Part shown: positions 47,141 through 60,709 of the stretch, in pieces
Position numbering within the stretch: position 1 is the stretch's first letter
Layout of the letters: each line of letters starts with the position of its first letter
From: Octopus vulgaris
Taxonomy: Eukaryota
Length of the DNA stretch: 64,000 nt
Assembly: GCA_951406725.2 (NCBI GenBank)
Contig: OX597830.1
Coordinates: forward strand, 67,828,001 to 67,892,000
Direction of reading: 5' to 3'
Translations under genes and position numbers: made by a program
Notes under the pieces: model-generated
The model's database searches: none
Told to the model about the DNA's origin: nothing
The model's input: the letters and a program-made list of their open reading frames with translations, nothing else

Positions 47141-47191
<51 letters not shown>

Positions 47192-47275
47192 TATATATAT
47201 ATCATCATCATCATCATCATTTAACGTCCGCTTTCCATGCTAGCATCGGTTGGACTGATATATATATATACACAC

Positions 47276-47316
<41 letters not shown>

Positions 47317-47335
47317 TATATATATATATATATAT

Positions 47336-47372
<37 letters not shown>

Positions 47373-47375
47373 AAC

Positions 47376-47408
<33 letters not shown>

Positions 47409-47487
47409 TTATATATATATATATATACACACATTATATATATATATATATATATACACACATTATATATATATATATATACACATT

Positions 47488-48123
47488 ATCATCATCATCA
47501 TCATCATCATCGTTTAACGTCCGTTCTCCATGCTAGCATGGGTTGGACGGTTTGATCGGGGATCTGGGAAGCCAGAAGGCTGCACCAGGCTCCAGTCTTA
47601 TCTGGCAGTGTTTCTACAGCTGGATGCCCTTCCTAACGCCAACCACTCCGTGAGTGTAGTGGGTGCCTTTTACGTGCCACCTGCACAGGTGCCAGGCGAG
47701 GCTGGCAACGGCCACGGTCGGATTGGTGTATTTTATGTGCCACCGGCACGGAAGCCAGACGAGGCGGCGCTGGCATCGGCCACGAGTCGGATAGTGCCTT
47801 TTACGTACCACCAGACCAGGGATCCTGGCTGGTTCAATTCGATTTCCTTTGCCTTGCCCCAACATGTCTTCGCAAGCAAAGGGGTTGGCATGGGTGCCTG
47901 TCGTACGGTCAGATTGGTGTATTTTACGTTCCACCGGCACGGAAGCCAGTGGAGGCGGCGCTGGCATCGGCCACGAGTCGGATAGTGCTTTTTACGTACC
48001 ACCAGACCAGGGATCCTGGCTGGTTCAATTCGATTTCGATTTCGCTTGCCCCAACATGTCTTCGCAAGCAAGGGGGTTGGCATGGGTGCCTGTCGTACGG
48101 TCAGATTGGCGTATTTTACGTGC

Positions 48124-48127
<4 letters not shown>
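47488..48127 (-). mobile_element. RTE-type 3'UTR/SINE with ~191-bp tandem duplication
   Basis: (CAT)n then tttaacgtccg. The unit restarts at 47715, 47906 and 48098. A short duplicate of its end lies at 47201-47258. Confidence 0.8.
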
Positions 48128-48166
<39 letters not shown>

Positions 48167-48208
48167 TATATATTTATATATATATATATATACACACACA
48201 TTACACAC

Positions 48209-48262
<54 letters not shown>

Positions 48263-49073
48263 TAAAGGTGGATGGAACTTGAGGAGGAGGAAGACCTATA
48301 AATATGTGGGAAAAAGTATGTAAAATGACCTTCAGATTGTGAGTTTCACAGAGGATATGACAAAGATCTGGGTTAATTGATCATTTGGGCTTCAGGAGAT
48401 CTGTCTATCTATGTAAAATCGATGTCCTAACGGCATGTTGTTTATTTCTATACCCCTGCACACAATCCATGTCTCTGAATCTCTCCCCCAAAACATATCT
48501 TCCTATCCCCCTCCCTCCACTCACATTCACTGCATTTTTCTCCCCTCCATCTCCTACTCACCTTTCATAAACTTACCTACCCACTCACCCTATCCAATCC
48601 TCTGTACCAATTCCTATATATACACCTCCCTGTAATTTGATGGAAATGCCCCAATACATCTTCTTCACCCTCTTCTCTCTCCCTCTGGTTCCACCTGGAG
48701 TAGCCATGTATCTCTTCTACTGCAACATATCTGTTTCTGTCCCCTTATTCATACTCTAACTTCTCATCAGCTGGCACAAAGTTACCTCCCTCACTACTAC
48801 TCCCCCCACTCAGTTGCAGTTTCTTGTTTTGCAAGTTACTTGGTCACCTCTCTAGTGTTGGTGCCACATAAAAAGCACCCAGTAAACTCTGTAAAGTGGT
48901 TGGTGTTAAGAAGAACATCTGGCTGTAGAAACCATGCCAAAGCAAATGGTAGAGTCTGGTATGGTCTTCTGGCTTACTAGTTCTTATCAAACCATCCAAC
49001 CCGTACCACAATGGAAGAAGGACATTAAATAATGTTGGTATAGACGATGACGATGATGATGATGATGATGATG

Positions 49074-49118
<45 letters not shown>

Positions 49119-49534
49119 TTCATCATCATGGCATTGATTTATGTTTTCTAAAACCTGAACATATACTAAACTTTATATTCTAGTCAAGTCATATTTTATA
49201 CAATTTAGACCTAAATGAGGTTATACTTAATGTGAGATGTATTTTAGAAGCAGTTATATTTTATTATTAAGATATAATTAAAAAGATATACATTTTACTT
49301 TAAATCATTTATATATTTTTACCTCATTCAGGTATGTTTTGTACTTTAACCAGGTATGCATTACACCAAGATCTGGTTATACCTTCTACTTTAATCCAGG
49401 TATATTTAAAAATTTAATCATGTATATGTTTTATACACTAACTAGATATGTTTTACCTTAATCAGGCATATTTCATAATTTAATTAGATATATATTTTTT
49501 CTTAATCAATTTATATTTTCTGCTGTAATTTTAG

Positions 49535-49644
49535 AGACAGAAGTCAAGATTCCAGCTGTTGCAGTAATGGTTGGAGGTGGACCTGGAACTCTGAAGTCAG
49601 TGCATGATTCAATATCACGCAACATCCCAGTTGTAATAGTAAAG
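49535..49644 (+). CDS. TRPM: TRPM-family channel exon (ETEVKIPAVAVMVGGGPGTLKSVHDSISRNIPVVIVK)
   Basis: tttAG acceptor, AAG|GTCAGT donor, phase 1 to 0, matching the exon ending at 23746. TRPM 'IP.V..V..GGP.T...PVV.V' motif. Confidence 0.92.
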
Positions 49645-50849
49645 GTCAGTAAATAGACTATTATGTAAATAAGGTTACTGAGAGTTTATTCAGTTCATAA
49701 TGTTTACATATCTGAAGAAGCTTGTGGTTAAGAAAACTAAAAGGAAGGACTATATGAGTATTTTGTTGGTGCAGAATTTTCCATAAATATTTTATTTAAT
49801 GATTTTCCGGTTTTTGGTTTCCTGGTCAACTGCTTAAATCTTATGACTGTCTCTATTGGATGAATGACTTTATATGTACTTAATTCAGAGTATTTTATAA
49901 CAAATATTCTTTTAAAAATCTGTCTTTCAACCAAAAATAGTAATTTATTTGCCATTGCCAGTGGTCAACCTCTTCTGTTTTCCTTCTGTTGCTACTTTAT
50001 ATGAACCCCCTCGTACATTAATGGTCCTTGAAATTACACCACTCGCTAATTTCCATGTGTAATGAAATGACCAGCAAAGTGTTGCTTCTTCTTCACCTTA
50101 ATTATACATCATTCATCTCTTTGCATTTCTACCTTACAAAACACTAACCCACCTGTAATTGGATTTCATTTCTCATAATTTTGTTGTTCATTAGATGTGC
50201 TCCTTGGCCTTTGACCCATCACTTTAATTTTTTGCACCACCTAATTCATCTTCTGTGTACTACCTGTAACTCTTCCTAGTCTCGAATTAACATAATTGTA
50301 GGCCTACCACTATTTACAATCTTTCTTCTCTGATTTCTCTGTTCTTCCTTTGTCTCCTTATGGCTCAGAAAAGTGCAGTCTTTCTGGCCTTCCTTATACA
50401 CGATGTGCCAAACTATTTCTGCCTCCACCACAACATATTACAGAAATCTCTCCTTTGTAACAGAAACACCTCATGCCTCTGCCTCCACCAGTTGTCTCAT
50501 CCACATTTATGCATGTACTGAAATGAGACCTTGTTACTTTTTAGTCAATTAAGAAACTACCTTTTTCTTTTCTTTCTACTTGTAATGAATTAACCAATTA
50601 GCTGTTTTCTTAATTTTCATTATTTACCCATTTATGTTTGTATTAATGGTGCTTATAATGACAATGCTTGTACTACACTTACTTCCAGTAGAGACAGTCA
50701 TTTGAACATGAATGAATGATAATATATTAATGCGAGTGGAACTGATACATGTCTGCTGGTAAACGCTCAATGAAACCTTCTTTTCAAATGTTGAATGTCA
50801 TCCCTCCTTTCCAAGTTCCATGTCATGTCCCTTTCCACACCTTATGTAG

Positions 50850-53155
50850 GTCTGGCAAGATTGTGGAGGGGTGCTTCAGACAAATTCCTCATGGGTAAGA
50901 AACAGATTTAAAATCATCTGGAAAAGTAACAGGGATGAGGTAGGTAGCATGGGATTACTTCTAACAGACAAATGGGATGGTAAGGTGATTGAGGCAGTCA
51001 CAATTTGCAATAGAGAATTTAAGCTTAGACTAGTTTTGCAGAGAAGTAGAGCAATATCTCTAACTATGTTCCCCAGGCAGGTCTACCAATGAACAAAAGG
51101 ACCGTTTTATGATATTCTTCTGCTAGCTACCTCAAAGACAAATGACAATAACCTCATCTTTGTTGGCTGATGCTTTCAATGGACATGTTGGGCAACACCC
51201 AGGTATCTTCCATGGTATACATGAGGGCCATGGAATTGGTTCTCAAAACAAGGAGGGAACAAGGCTACTGGAGTTCTACAATGTGAATAACCTAATGATC
51301 TGCAACACCGACTTCAGAAAGCCAGCCAAACACCTGATAACTTATCAACTAGGTGATCATGCTAGCCAGATTTATTACATTCTCAATTGTAAGCAAGATA
51401 TATGGTTGCTCGTAAATGCAATGGCCTTACCTGGTGAAGAATGTGACCACCTCAGCATAGATTAGTCTTTAGTGATTTTATACTTCAGGCTAGAGAGATT
51501 CCAGGAAGCAGACCAATCTAGAAAAGAAGGATTTGGAAGCTTTTAGAGACACCCAAATTGAGAAATTTAAGGAGAGGGAGGAGAAATTACAAACTTGTAA
51601 CAACGTGGGTGAGTAGGAGTTACTGCAGGACAGCTTGCTGAGTACCACAACCCAAATCTGTGGCTGGTGTAAAGTTCCAATCAGACCTAGGATGATGTGG
51701 TGCTGGAATGATGTTGTAGATAAGGACATGAATGTGAAGAAACAAGCCTGGAATGACTGAAAGAATTACAGTACCAGAGAATCATATCAGGTAGCATGGA
51801 AAAAGGCTAAAACAAAGGTATATTTAGACTGGGGACAAGCAGAGAGGGGAAAGTATGCAAATGTTCTGTATCATGAAGATCAGAGGCTTGAGATATTTCG
51901 GAACACAAGGCTATGTCAGAGATCATTATGATGTGGTAGGAGAGAAGTGTATTCACATGGACGATGGTTCACACGTAGTTAGGGATTCTGCAAGGAAGGA
52001 AACTTGGAAACACTTTTATGAAAGTTTGCTAAATGTAGAGAATGCATGGAAGAAGAAAAGCTCACCTAATGCTGATCTAACAGAGGGGACGGCTATCTGA
52101 ATTGACAGTAATTTGGTAGGTAAAGCAATTAAAGTTACGAAGACAGGGAAAGCCTCTGGCTCATTAGGAATGACTGCTAAGACGCTTCACATATCTGGTG
52201 GAGTGGGATATGTCCTTGTCTCTTATATAGATAAACCAAGCAAGAGGGAGCCAAATGCAATAGTTGGTGTAGCAGTGTTATAGTCAACAGGTACAAAGGC
52301 AAAGGTGATGCTTTAGACAAAAATAATTACAGATGCACCAAATTGTTGGGCCAGGTGATGAAAGTTGCAGAAAGAGTAGTAGGTCAATTAATAAGGAAGA
52401 GAGTTAGTGTAGATGAGATGCAGTTTGGATTTGCACTAGGTAGAAGCACCACCAATGCTTTCCTCCTGGTGTGCAATTGCAGAAGTACTTTGCCAAAAGT
52501 ATCTGGTTTTTGCTGACATAAAGAAGATCTTTGACAGGGTTCCCCACACCTGGTGGGCAAGGCAGAAGACAGGGATAGATTAGAGGTTGGATGGGTAATG
52601 TTAATATGTATATGCAACAGTGTGTAAGTGATTTGAGGGAAAAGCTGGGTGTATGATGCATGGAACGTAGTATGCAAGAGATAAGTCTGTGCTGGTACAG
52701 TCATTTAATGTGTATGAGTGAAGAGTTGCATGGCGAGGTGCTGATCTCTAATTGTGGAGGGAACGTATGGAAGGGCTAGGCCCATGAAGATGTGCGACAA
52801 AGTCATGAAAAAGGAGCTATGGATGTTGATAGTCACAGAGGGGATGACAGAGGATTGGTACTCCAGGTACTTTGGTGTGCTTGAGAAAATATGACAAGCT
52901 AAGTAAAACTGAGGTCGTACTTGTTCCCTGCATTACTCTTCAGCTGAGTATTCACAATCCTGCAGGTTCATGGGTACTAATTCCAGGTAAATGTACCTGT
53001 TTTGGTGCTGCATAAAAGCACCCAGTTCACTCTATAAAGTGGTTGGCATTAGGAATGGCATCCAGTCATGGAGCCTGGGCAGCTTTTAAGCTGGCCAGTT
53101 CCTGTCAAACCATCCAACTTATGCACACATGGAAAATGGATGTTAAATGATGATG
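50850..53155 (+). mobile_element. Decayed RTE LINE (APE + partial RT + 3'UTR)
   Basis: FNGHVG...HEGHGIGSQNKEGTRLLEF (RTE APE); paralogous to 55.5-58.1 kb. Confidence 0.8.
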
Positions 53156-54460
53156 GAAAATGTTCTCATAAACACTGTGGTTCCAATATGTTGAAGGACA
53201 TGAGGTAATCAGGGAATTCTCTTTTTATAATAAGACAGAGAACTTGTCCTTCCTCCTAAAAACTACCAAAAATACCTTCACTACATTCACAACATATCCT
53301 AAAAGTAGGCGAGAGTTAAATTGGAAAAAGCTATAAATAGTGACTGGCCCCATATTTGACCAAAACAAAGATCCATCCTGCATCATACCAGTCCTGTCTA
53401 GACCCCTAATCTCTGAACAATCCATTTCAACAATCTACAAAGATCACAAAATAGTACACTTCATATTCTTTCGAATTTTGTATAAACCATTTCCACAGTC
53501 CATGTGAATAAGCAAGTTAGTTATTAGATGAGACTGCTAGAAATAGCAGCTAAATCTCTCTGAACAGCACCTGACTTTCTTGAAAATGCACAGACACACT
53601 TTCTTAAAAATGTACGCACACATGATACATTGTAGATGTCAATATGCTAAAGCAAAATGAACAACGCTTTAATTCTCTCTAATCACAAGTCAGCTTGATC
53701 ATGGCTGATGTTGATCTAAACAACAACAACAACATATACAATAAAGCTAAAATGTTTAAAATGAAATATCCACTTCAATGCATGTAGGCAGAGTTTGTTA
53801 CAGCAAGATGAAACACCACACAATCCTTGCTGTTACATGTTCAGTGAAACTAAAACTACCAAACACGTTATTAGCCTCTTTAGTCTCAAACTCTGTGCTG
53901 AGAAACAAATCGATAGAGACAAGTGCAGAAGCACAGTGATTGTCACACTGCAAGAAGGGGTTCATTCAACGTCTGTTGGTGCCCAGAAATGAAATGATGG
54001 AAGAAAGGCAATCTATCCAAACTGATACACTGCACCCCATATTACAAAGCTCTGCACATCAGATTGCACATTACAGTCCTCAGATGGGAAGAATATGGTA
54101 TATCTACAGATCACATCCAGTCATTTCACTAACTACATACATACTATAACTATACAACAACAATAGCAACAAGTAAAACAACCACAAACTCATGATACTT
54201 TATAGATTGCAATGAAGGTAAGAGCAACACAGGAGGAGTTTACAACAGCTTATTTGGATTGATGTTTGATGTTAACTGGGGAATCTTCTCTCATTATTGA
54301 AATTAATAAAGAGAGAAAATCATGGATAGATAAATAGTTTTATATATGTGTGTGTGTGTGTGTGTATGTGTGTGTGTGTGTGTATTTGTATATATGTATA
54401 TTTATACATATATATGGGTGTGTGTATATTTATATGTCTATGTATCTATGCATGGCCAGT

Positions 54461-54803
54461 GAAGGCGCATGGCTCAGTGGTTATAGTGTCGAGCTTACGA
54501 TCGTGAGGTTGTGAGCTCGAGTCCCGGACCGGGCTGCGTGTTGTGTTCTCGAGCAAGGCACTTTATTTCACGTTGCTCCAGTTCACTCAGCTGTAGAAAT
54601 GAGTTGCAACGTCACTGGTGTCAAGCTGTATCGACCTTTGTCTTTCCCTTGGATAACACTGGTGGCGTGGAGAGGGGAGGCTGGTATGCATGGGCGACTG
54701 CTGGCCTTCCATAAGCAACCTTGCCCGGACTTGTGTCTAGGAGGGTATCTTTCTAGGTGCAATCCCATGGTCATTCATGACCGAAGGGGGTCTTTACCCT
54801 TTA
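54461..54803 (+). mobile_element. tRNA-derived CORE-like SINE
   Basis: A box (tggctcagtggtt), B-box-like (agctcgagtcc) and a CORE-like ttcactcagctgtagaaatgagt segment. Confidence 0.8.
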
Positions 54804-55544
54804 TGTATCTATGCATGTGTTTGTGTGTGTGTGTGTATATATATAGTTAATCCAAACATGAAAACACAAAGAGAAAACACAACAACGCGAGGACGTGGAA
54901 CAAATATAGTATTATTGGATGCTCAGGAAGGAAGGGAAGAAGGAGAGTTTAATGTTTCGAGTGGAGCTCTTCGTCGAAAACATAGGAGAAGGAAAGATCC
55001 AGAGAAGGGGAGACAGAGGAAAAAAATCGCCAATGGTACACACGTGGTCACATTTTGAATGACCGGAAGGAAATGGGTGAAGAAAAGTTCTTTCAAAGAC
55101 AGGAGAGTGCAAGAGGAGGTATGTGTGTGTAAGTGTGGATATGTGCGTGCGAGAAGGTCTGCATGTGCATGTGTGTGTATGTGTGTATGTGTGCAATGAT
55201 AACACGTGTGTGTAAACAGAGTGAGAGAGGAGATGGTAAAGTGTATAACATTCATGGATTATGAGTTCAAACCCACCATTGACAATTGTTGTATTTCTTT
55301 GTCAATATCTTTATTTTATATGGTCACAACTCAGCTCTAAGGAATTAGTAGCAGAACAATTTGGTTCAGTCTCATACAAGAACAACACTCTATCCACTTA
55401 ACTATTATCTCCACAATATAGTTCTGATAATGCCACTGTATATCTTCCCTGGATGTGTTAAAGATAAGTTCACATCAAAAATTCCTTGGGACAACCTGGT
55501 GAGATCTGTGACCAGATCTGTGGATGGTGCAAAGATCTCTCTCA

Positions 55545-58112
55545 ACCCAAGGTAACATGGTGGTGGAACAACGTAGTTGACAAGGCCATAAGGGAAAAGA
55601 AATAGGCATGGAAGGACTGGTGGCAGGAGGGAATTGTATCAGACTGTCAGCTAGGAGACAGGTTTATTTAGCCAGAAGGATAGCAGATAAGAAAAAAATT
55701 GCCAATGTCCTGTGTTGTGAGGACCAAAGACTTGAGGTGGTTTGTGCTGCAAGACAGTGTGTGAGAGAGAATCATGATGTCATAGGAGAGAAATGTATCC
55801 GCATAGATGATGGTTCACTTGCATTTAATGAGGCTGCAAAAAGAGAGACTTGGAGATGCCATTATGAAAGATTGCTAAATGAAGAGAGTGAATGAGATAA
55901 AGAGAGTCTGCCAAATGTCAACCCATCAGAGGGACCCGCTATCCGAATTGACAGTACCTTGGTAGATGAAGTAATTAAGGGTATGAAAGCAGGGAAAGCC
56001 CCGGCCCATCAGGAATCACTGCAGAGATGCTTAAAATATCTGGTAATGTTGGCTATAGTCTAGTCACCCATATAGACAATCCGGTGATACATGAAGGAGT
56101 CATACCCAATGACTGGTGTAGCAGTGCCATAGTCAACTGTTACAAAGGTAAAGGCAATTCATTAGCTACAAATAATTACAGAGGTATCAAGTTGTTGGAT
56201 CAGGTAATTAAAGTCACAAAGAGGGACATAGGCCAACTAATTAGGGAGAGAGTTAGTTTAGATGAGATGCAGTTTGGGTTTGTGCCAGGGAAAAATACCG
56301 CCAATGCTATATTTCTAGCAAGACAGCAGCAGGAGAAATACTTAACCAAAGGTAAACCTCTGTACCTGGCTTTCATTGGCATGGAGAAAGCCTTTGACAG
56401 GGTTCCCCTATCCCTTATCTGGTGGTCAATGTGGAATCTAGGTACAGATGAATGGTTAGTGAGAGCTGTACAATCCATGTACAGGGATGCTGTCTGTAAG
56501 ATGAGGGTTGGCAATGAGTACAGTGAAGAATTCTGGGTAGGGGTCCACCAAGGATCAGTCCACAGCCCCCTCTTATTCATCATAGTCCTCCAAGCAACAA
56601 CAGAGGAATTCAAGACAGGATGCCCCTGGGAGCTCCTCTATGCTGATGACCTTGCTCTAATTGCTGAGTCATTATCAGAACTAGAGGAGAAGTTTCAGGT
56701 GTGGATGCAAGGACTACAGTCGAAGGGCCTTAGAGTCAACCTAGCAAAAACCAAAGTCTTAATAAGTAGTAAGGCAGACAAACCACAAATCCCTTCAGGT
56801 AGATGGCTCTGCTCGATCTGTAGAGAAGGCATAGGTAGAAACTCGATAAGATGTACCCAGTGTCAGCTATGGATACATAAGAGGTGCAGCAATATCAAAG
56901 GAAAGCTAACTGCGAAGATAGTTTATATGTGTGGCGAATGCTCAGGAGCAATAAACACTGAAAATGTGCAGAGAACATCTTCCATGAAATTCCAGGGGCA
57001 AAAAACTACAAGTAGCTGATAGCTTTCATTACCTAGGTGACCAAGTGAAAGTGTAACTTCTAGAATAAGAATAGCCTGGGCAAAGTTCAGAGAGCTCTTA
57101 CCTTTGCTGGTGGCAAAGGGTCTCTCACTCAGAGTAAAAGGTAGACTGTATGACACATGTGTGTCAACAGCCATGCTACATGGCTGTGAAAGATGGGTTG
57201 TGACTACTGAGGACATCCGTAAGCTTACAAGGAATGAAGCTAGTATGCTCTGCTGGATGTGTAATGTCAGTATTCATACACAACAGTGTAAGTGCTCTGA
57301 GAGAAAAGTTGGACATAAGAAGCATCAGATGTGGTGTGCAAGAGAGATGACTGCACTGGTATGGTCATGTATTGTGAATGGATGAGGACAGCTGTGTGAG
57401 CAGTGCCACATCCTATCATTTGAGGGAACCTGTGGAAGAGGTAGACCCAGGAAGCCCTGAGATGAGGTGGTGAAGCATGACCTTTGAACATTGGGCCTCT
57501 CCTAGGCATGACAAGTGACTGAGACCTTTGGAGATATGCTGTGCTTGAGAAGACCCGGCTAGCCAAATGAGACTATAATGTAGCCTATGCCAGTGCTGCA
57601 TAACCAGCCCATTTAAGAGTACCCTTCAATCATTGGGCAATAATCTCTGCTTGCAAAGACCTGTTGAAGCAAGTGAAATCGATGTCATGGCTGATGAGAG
57701 TACCACCTGACTGGCACCTGTGCCAGTGGAATGTTAAAAGCACCATTCAAGCTTGGTCGTTGCCAGTGCCACCTGACTGGCTCCTGTGCTGGTGGCATGT
57801 AAAAAGCACGATTTCAGAGTGGTCATTGGCAGAGTCACCTGACTGGCTCCTGTGCAGGTAGCACATAAAAAGTGCCATTTGAGCGTGGTTGATGCCAGTA
57901 CCACCTGACTGGCCCCCGTGCCAGTGGCACATTAAAGCACCCACTACATTCTTGGAGTGGCTGGCATTAGGAAGGGCATCCAGCTGTAGAAACTTTGCCA
58001 GATCAGATTGGAGCTTAATGCAGCCTTCTGACTCACCAGCCCTCAGTCAAACTGTCCACCCCATGCCAGCATGGAAAGCGGACATTAAATGATGATGACG
58101 ACGACGATGATG
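55545..58112 (+). mobile_element. RTE-clade LINE, 5'-truncated, RT with downstream PHD-like finger and repeated 3'UTR
   Basis: ORF 56027-57019 with EKAFDRVP, GVHQGS and LYADDL; ~60-bp repeats at 57690-57940; (GAT)n tail. Confidence 0.9.
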
Positions 58113-58261
58113 TAGTACCTTTACTAACAACAAAACATCTTTATTTGATTGTATGTGTGCATTTTAAAAGATTTTTTTTAATATTTGTTCATTCTTAGAT
58201 TACTTTATATCTGAAGATTTAACTTTAATGAATTCATTAAAGTTTTTCTTTTAATTATCAG

Positions 58262-58350
58262 GATTCTGGTCGAGCAGCAGATATTATGGCAGATGCTTAC
58301 CAAAGAAAACTCGAAAATTCAAATGAAGAAGATGAAGACATAAATGACAG
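58262..58350 (+). CDS. TRPM: TRPM-family channel exon (DSGRAADIMADAYQRKLENSNEEDEDIND)
   Basis: atcAG acceptor, AG|GTTTGT donor, phase 0 to 2. TRPM 'GSGRAAD' motif directly continuing PVVIVK. Confidence 0.9.
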
Positions 58351-59647
58351 GTTTGTTCTTCATTTCGATAGAACAATAATTTTTTTTTTTGCTTTTGTTG
58401 TTGTCATTACTGTTGATGTTATTAAATATGTTGTTGTTTATCCCCTATTAGCCCTGATAGAACAGGTCTATGAACGTATGTAATCCAGTCTTTATTTTCC
58501 TGTATTTACATACTTATTAGAAGACTTTATTATTCCACTGTGTCAGTCTTCATTTTTGCTGAAAGGGTATGATTTGAAATGGATTTAACTTATATTTTTA
58601 GCAGTTTTGAGTGGCAAGGTAATCTGCTCCCTCCTTGGCTTGCAACTCTGCTATTACTATAGTTGATAGTTTGATTTTAGAGCTGATATTAATAGCGTTG
58701 TAGATATTTAAAGCTTTGACTAAAACTGATGACTCATCAGATTTCTTTAACTAAAGACTCAAACTTTTGGCTGTATGACATGACACTGATAATAATCATA
58801 ATATTGATTTGTTATTTTGACACAAGGCTCCATATTTGCTGGGGAAGGATAATGGGTCCAATTCAGGACATGCCTAGAGATGTTTGGTTTTGTCTATTTC
58901 GTTTTCCATCCAATTTAAAAGATCAGATCAAGCAGTAGGTATCATGAAACAACATGAAAACACATTAATAGAAATGGTAATTATGAATAAATCTAGTATG
59001 GGTTTAACCAGTTCTGGGCACACTGGCTCCGGCTGTAAACTTAATTCATTCCATCTTTTAACACTGAAGTACCTGGTGGTGGTTCAACAGGAGCATTTGG
59101 TCCTTCACTGCCTTTAACAGTCCACAACGTTGTGAGCATTCAGAACCGGCCATGTCTTGATTTACAGTCTTTTCAATTCATAGCATCACTGTTTGCAACA
59201 GGCTGACATGTTCTCAAAAGGAGGTCTACTAGCATATATGCCAGAGTTACTATGAGCAACATCTCTAGAAACAACCCCATTTCTTCTCAGGCCTCCCCAA
59301 TCTATGTCTACCAGGTTAATTATTTACAAGATCCAAAAATTGATTAGCAGCAACCCATGAGTTCTGTTTTATCCATGTCTTTTCCTCATTAATCTTAGTT
59401 GTTCTGTAAAAATTATGGGTGGTGCCTTTCCTCCTTAAATTAAGATTTGTCCCATCATTTGTTATCACTAATAGTGTAGCCTGATTAACATAATTCTGAT
59501 TAGGGCTCCAAGGTAGCCTAACTTATCTTCTTTGTGACATCAGTATAGACCTTATGTTATTCTTTATAGCTAACTTTCTTTTAATCACTATTAAAAGATT
59601 TACATATTAATTTCTGAAATAACTCTTCTTTCTCCATCAATTCTAAG

Positions 59648-59832
59648 GAAACTGAAAACTGATATCAGAGTGAAAATTTTTAAAGAATTTAAAATGGAAT
59701 TGAAAGAAAACGGGATAGATAACTTGGTTGACTATGTGTTGATGTCCCTAAAACGACCAGACTTGCTGACTGTTTATGATATAGATTCAGAGAAAGAATT
59801 TGATCTAACAATGTTCAAAGCTGTATTCAAGG
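59648..59832 (+). CDS. TRPM: TRPM-family channel exon, MHR3 (KLKTDIRVKIF...KRPDLLTVYDIDSEKEFDLTMFKAVFK)
   Basis: Pyrimidine tract and taAG acceptor, G|GTAAGA donor, phase 2 to 1. Resembles TRPM 'LLTVF......D.D.AIL.ALLKA'. Confidence 0.85.
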
Positions 59833-60424
59833 GTAAGAAATAGTTTAAAATTAAATTTTCAGTTTTTTTATATTTTCCAATCAGTTTGACTTTTATTAGA
59901 CGTAATTGTAATTTAGATTAATTATTGCTAATTAGACTAATTATTACACTTGTAAAAAAGTTGAGAGCTATTTTTAGTATAAAAAATCTAAAAAATCTAA
60001 ATTAGGATGAAATATGCAGAGAAAGAATAACGATATTATTAATGACTTATACTATTATTTGTATATTTTCTTGTAAGTTTTGGGAGGTTAATCCTGTACT
60101 TGAAGCTTAATTAAGCTTCATCAATAAGAGAATCGATGGCTGTATCAATGGATTTTCTAGAGAAGCTTCTGGTGTCTCAGGGAATTGTATGTTGTTATTA
60201 GCATTGTACTTTGTCTCAGGTGAAGACATTTAACTCATAGGTTCCCCTTTTCTATATTACTGAAAATAGATACAAAATAGTAAAAACAGTATGCTTCTGC
60301 AATTGTTATCACGATGAATATTTTCCAGATTTGAGGCACTCAATCTAACCTTAGCCATAGAAATAGTTAGTTGGAAATAGTTCTTGTCTTGACAAAATTG
60401 CCATTTAATATATCGGCACAAGAA

Positions 60425-60708
60425 GGCAGCAAACTGGCAGGAACGTTAGCATACTGGGTGAAATGCTTTGTGGGATTTGGTCTGTCTTTACATTCTGAGT
60501 TCATCCTTTTGGGGGTCGATAAATTAAGTATCAGTTGCATACTGGGATCAATCTAATCCACTAGCCCCCTCTCCAAAAGTTTCGGGCCTTTTGCCTAGAG
60601 TAAAAAAGAATATATAGGCGCAGGCATGGCTGTGGTAAGAAGCTTGCTTCCCAACCACATGCTTCCAGGTTCAGTTCCACTGCATGGCACCTTGAGCAAG
60701 TGTCTTCT
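60425..60708 (+). mobile_element. Two adjacent SINE fragments
   Basis: 60425-60610 is CORE-like; 60617-60708 matches the head of the 13104 SINE. Confidence 0.65.
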
Positions 60709-60709
60709 A

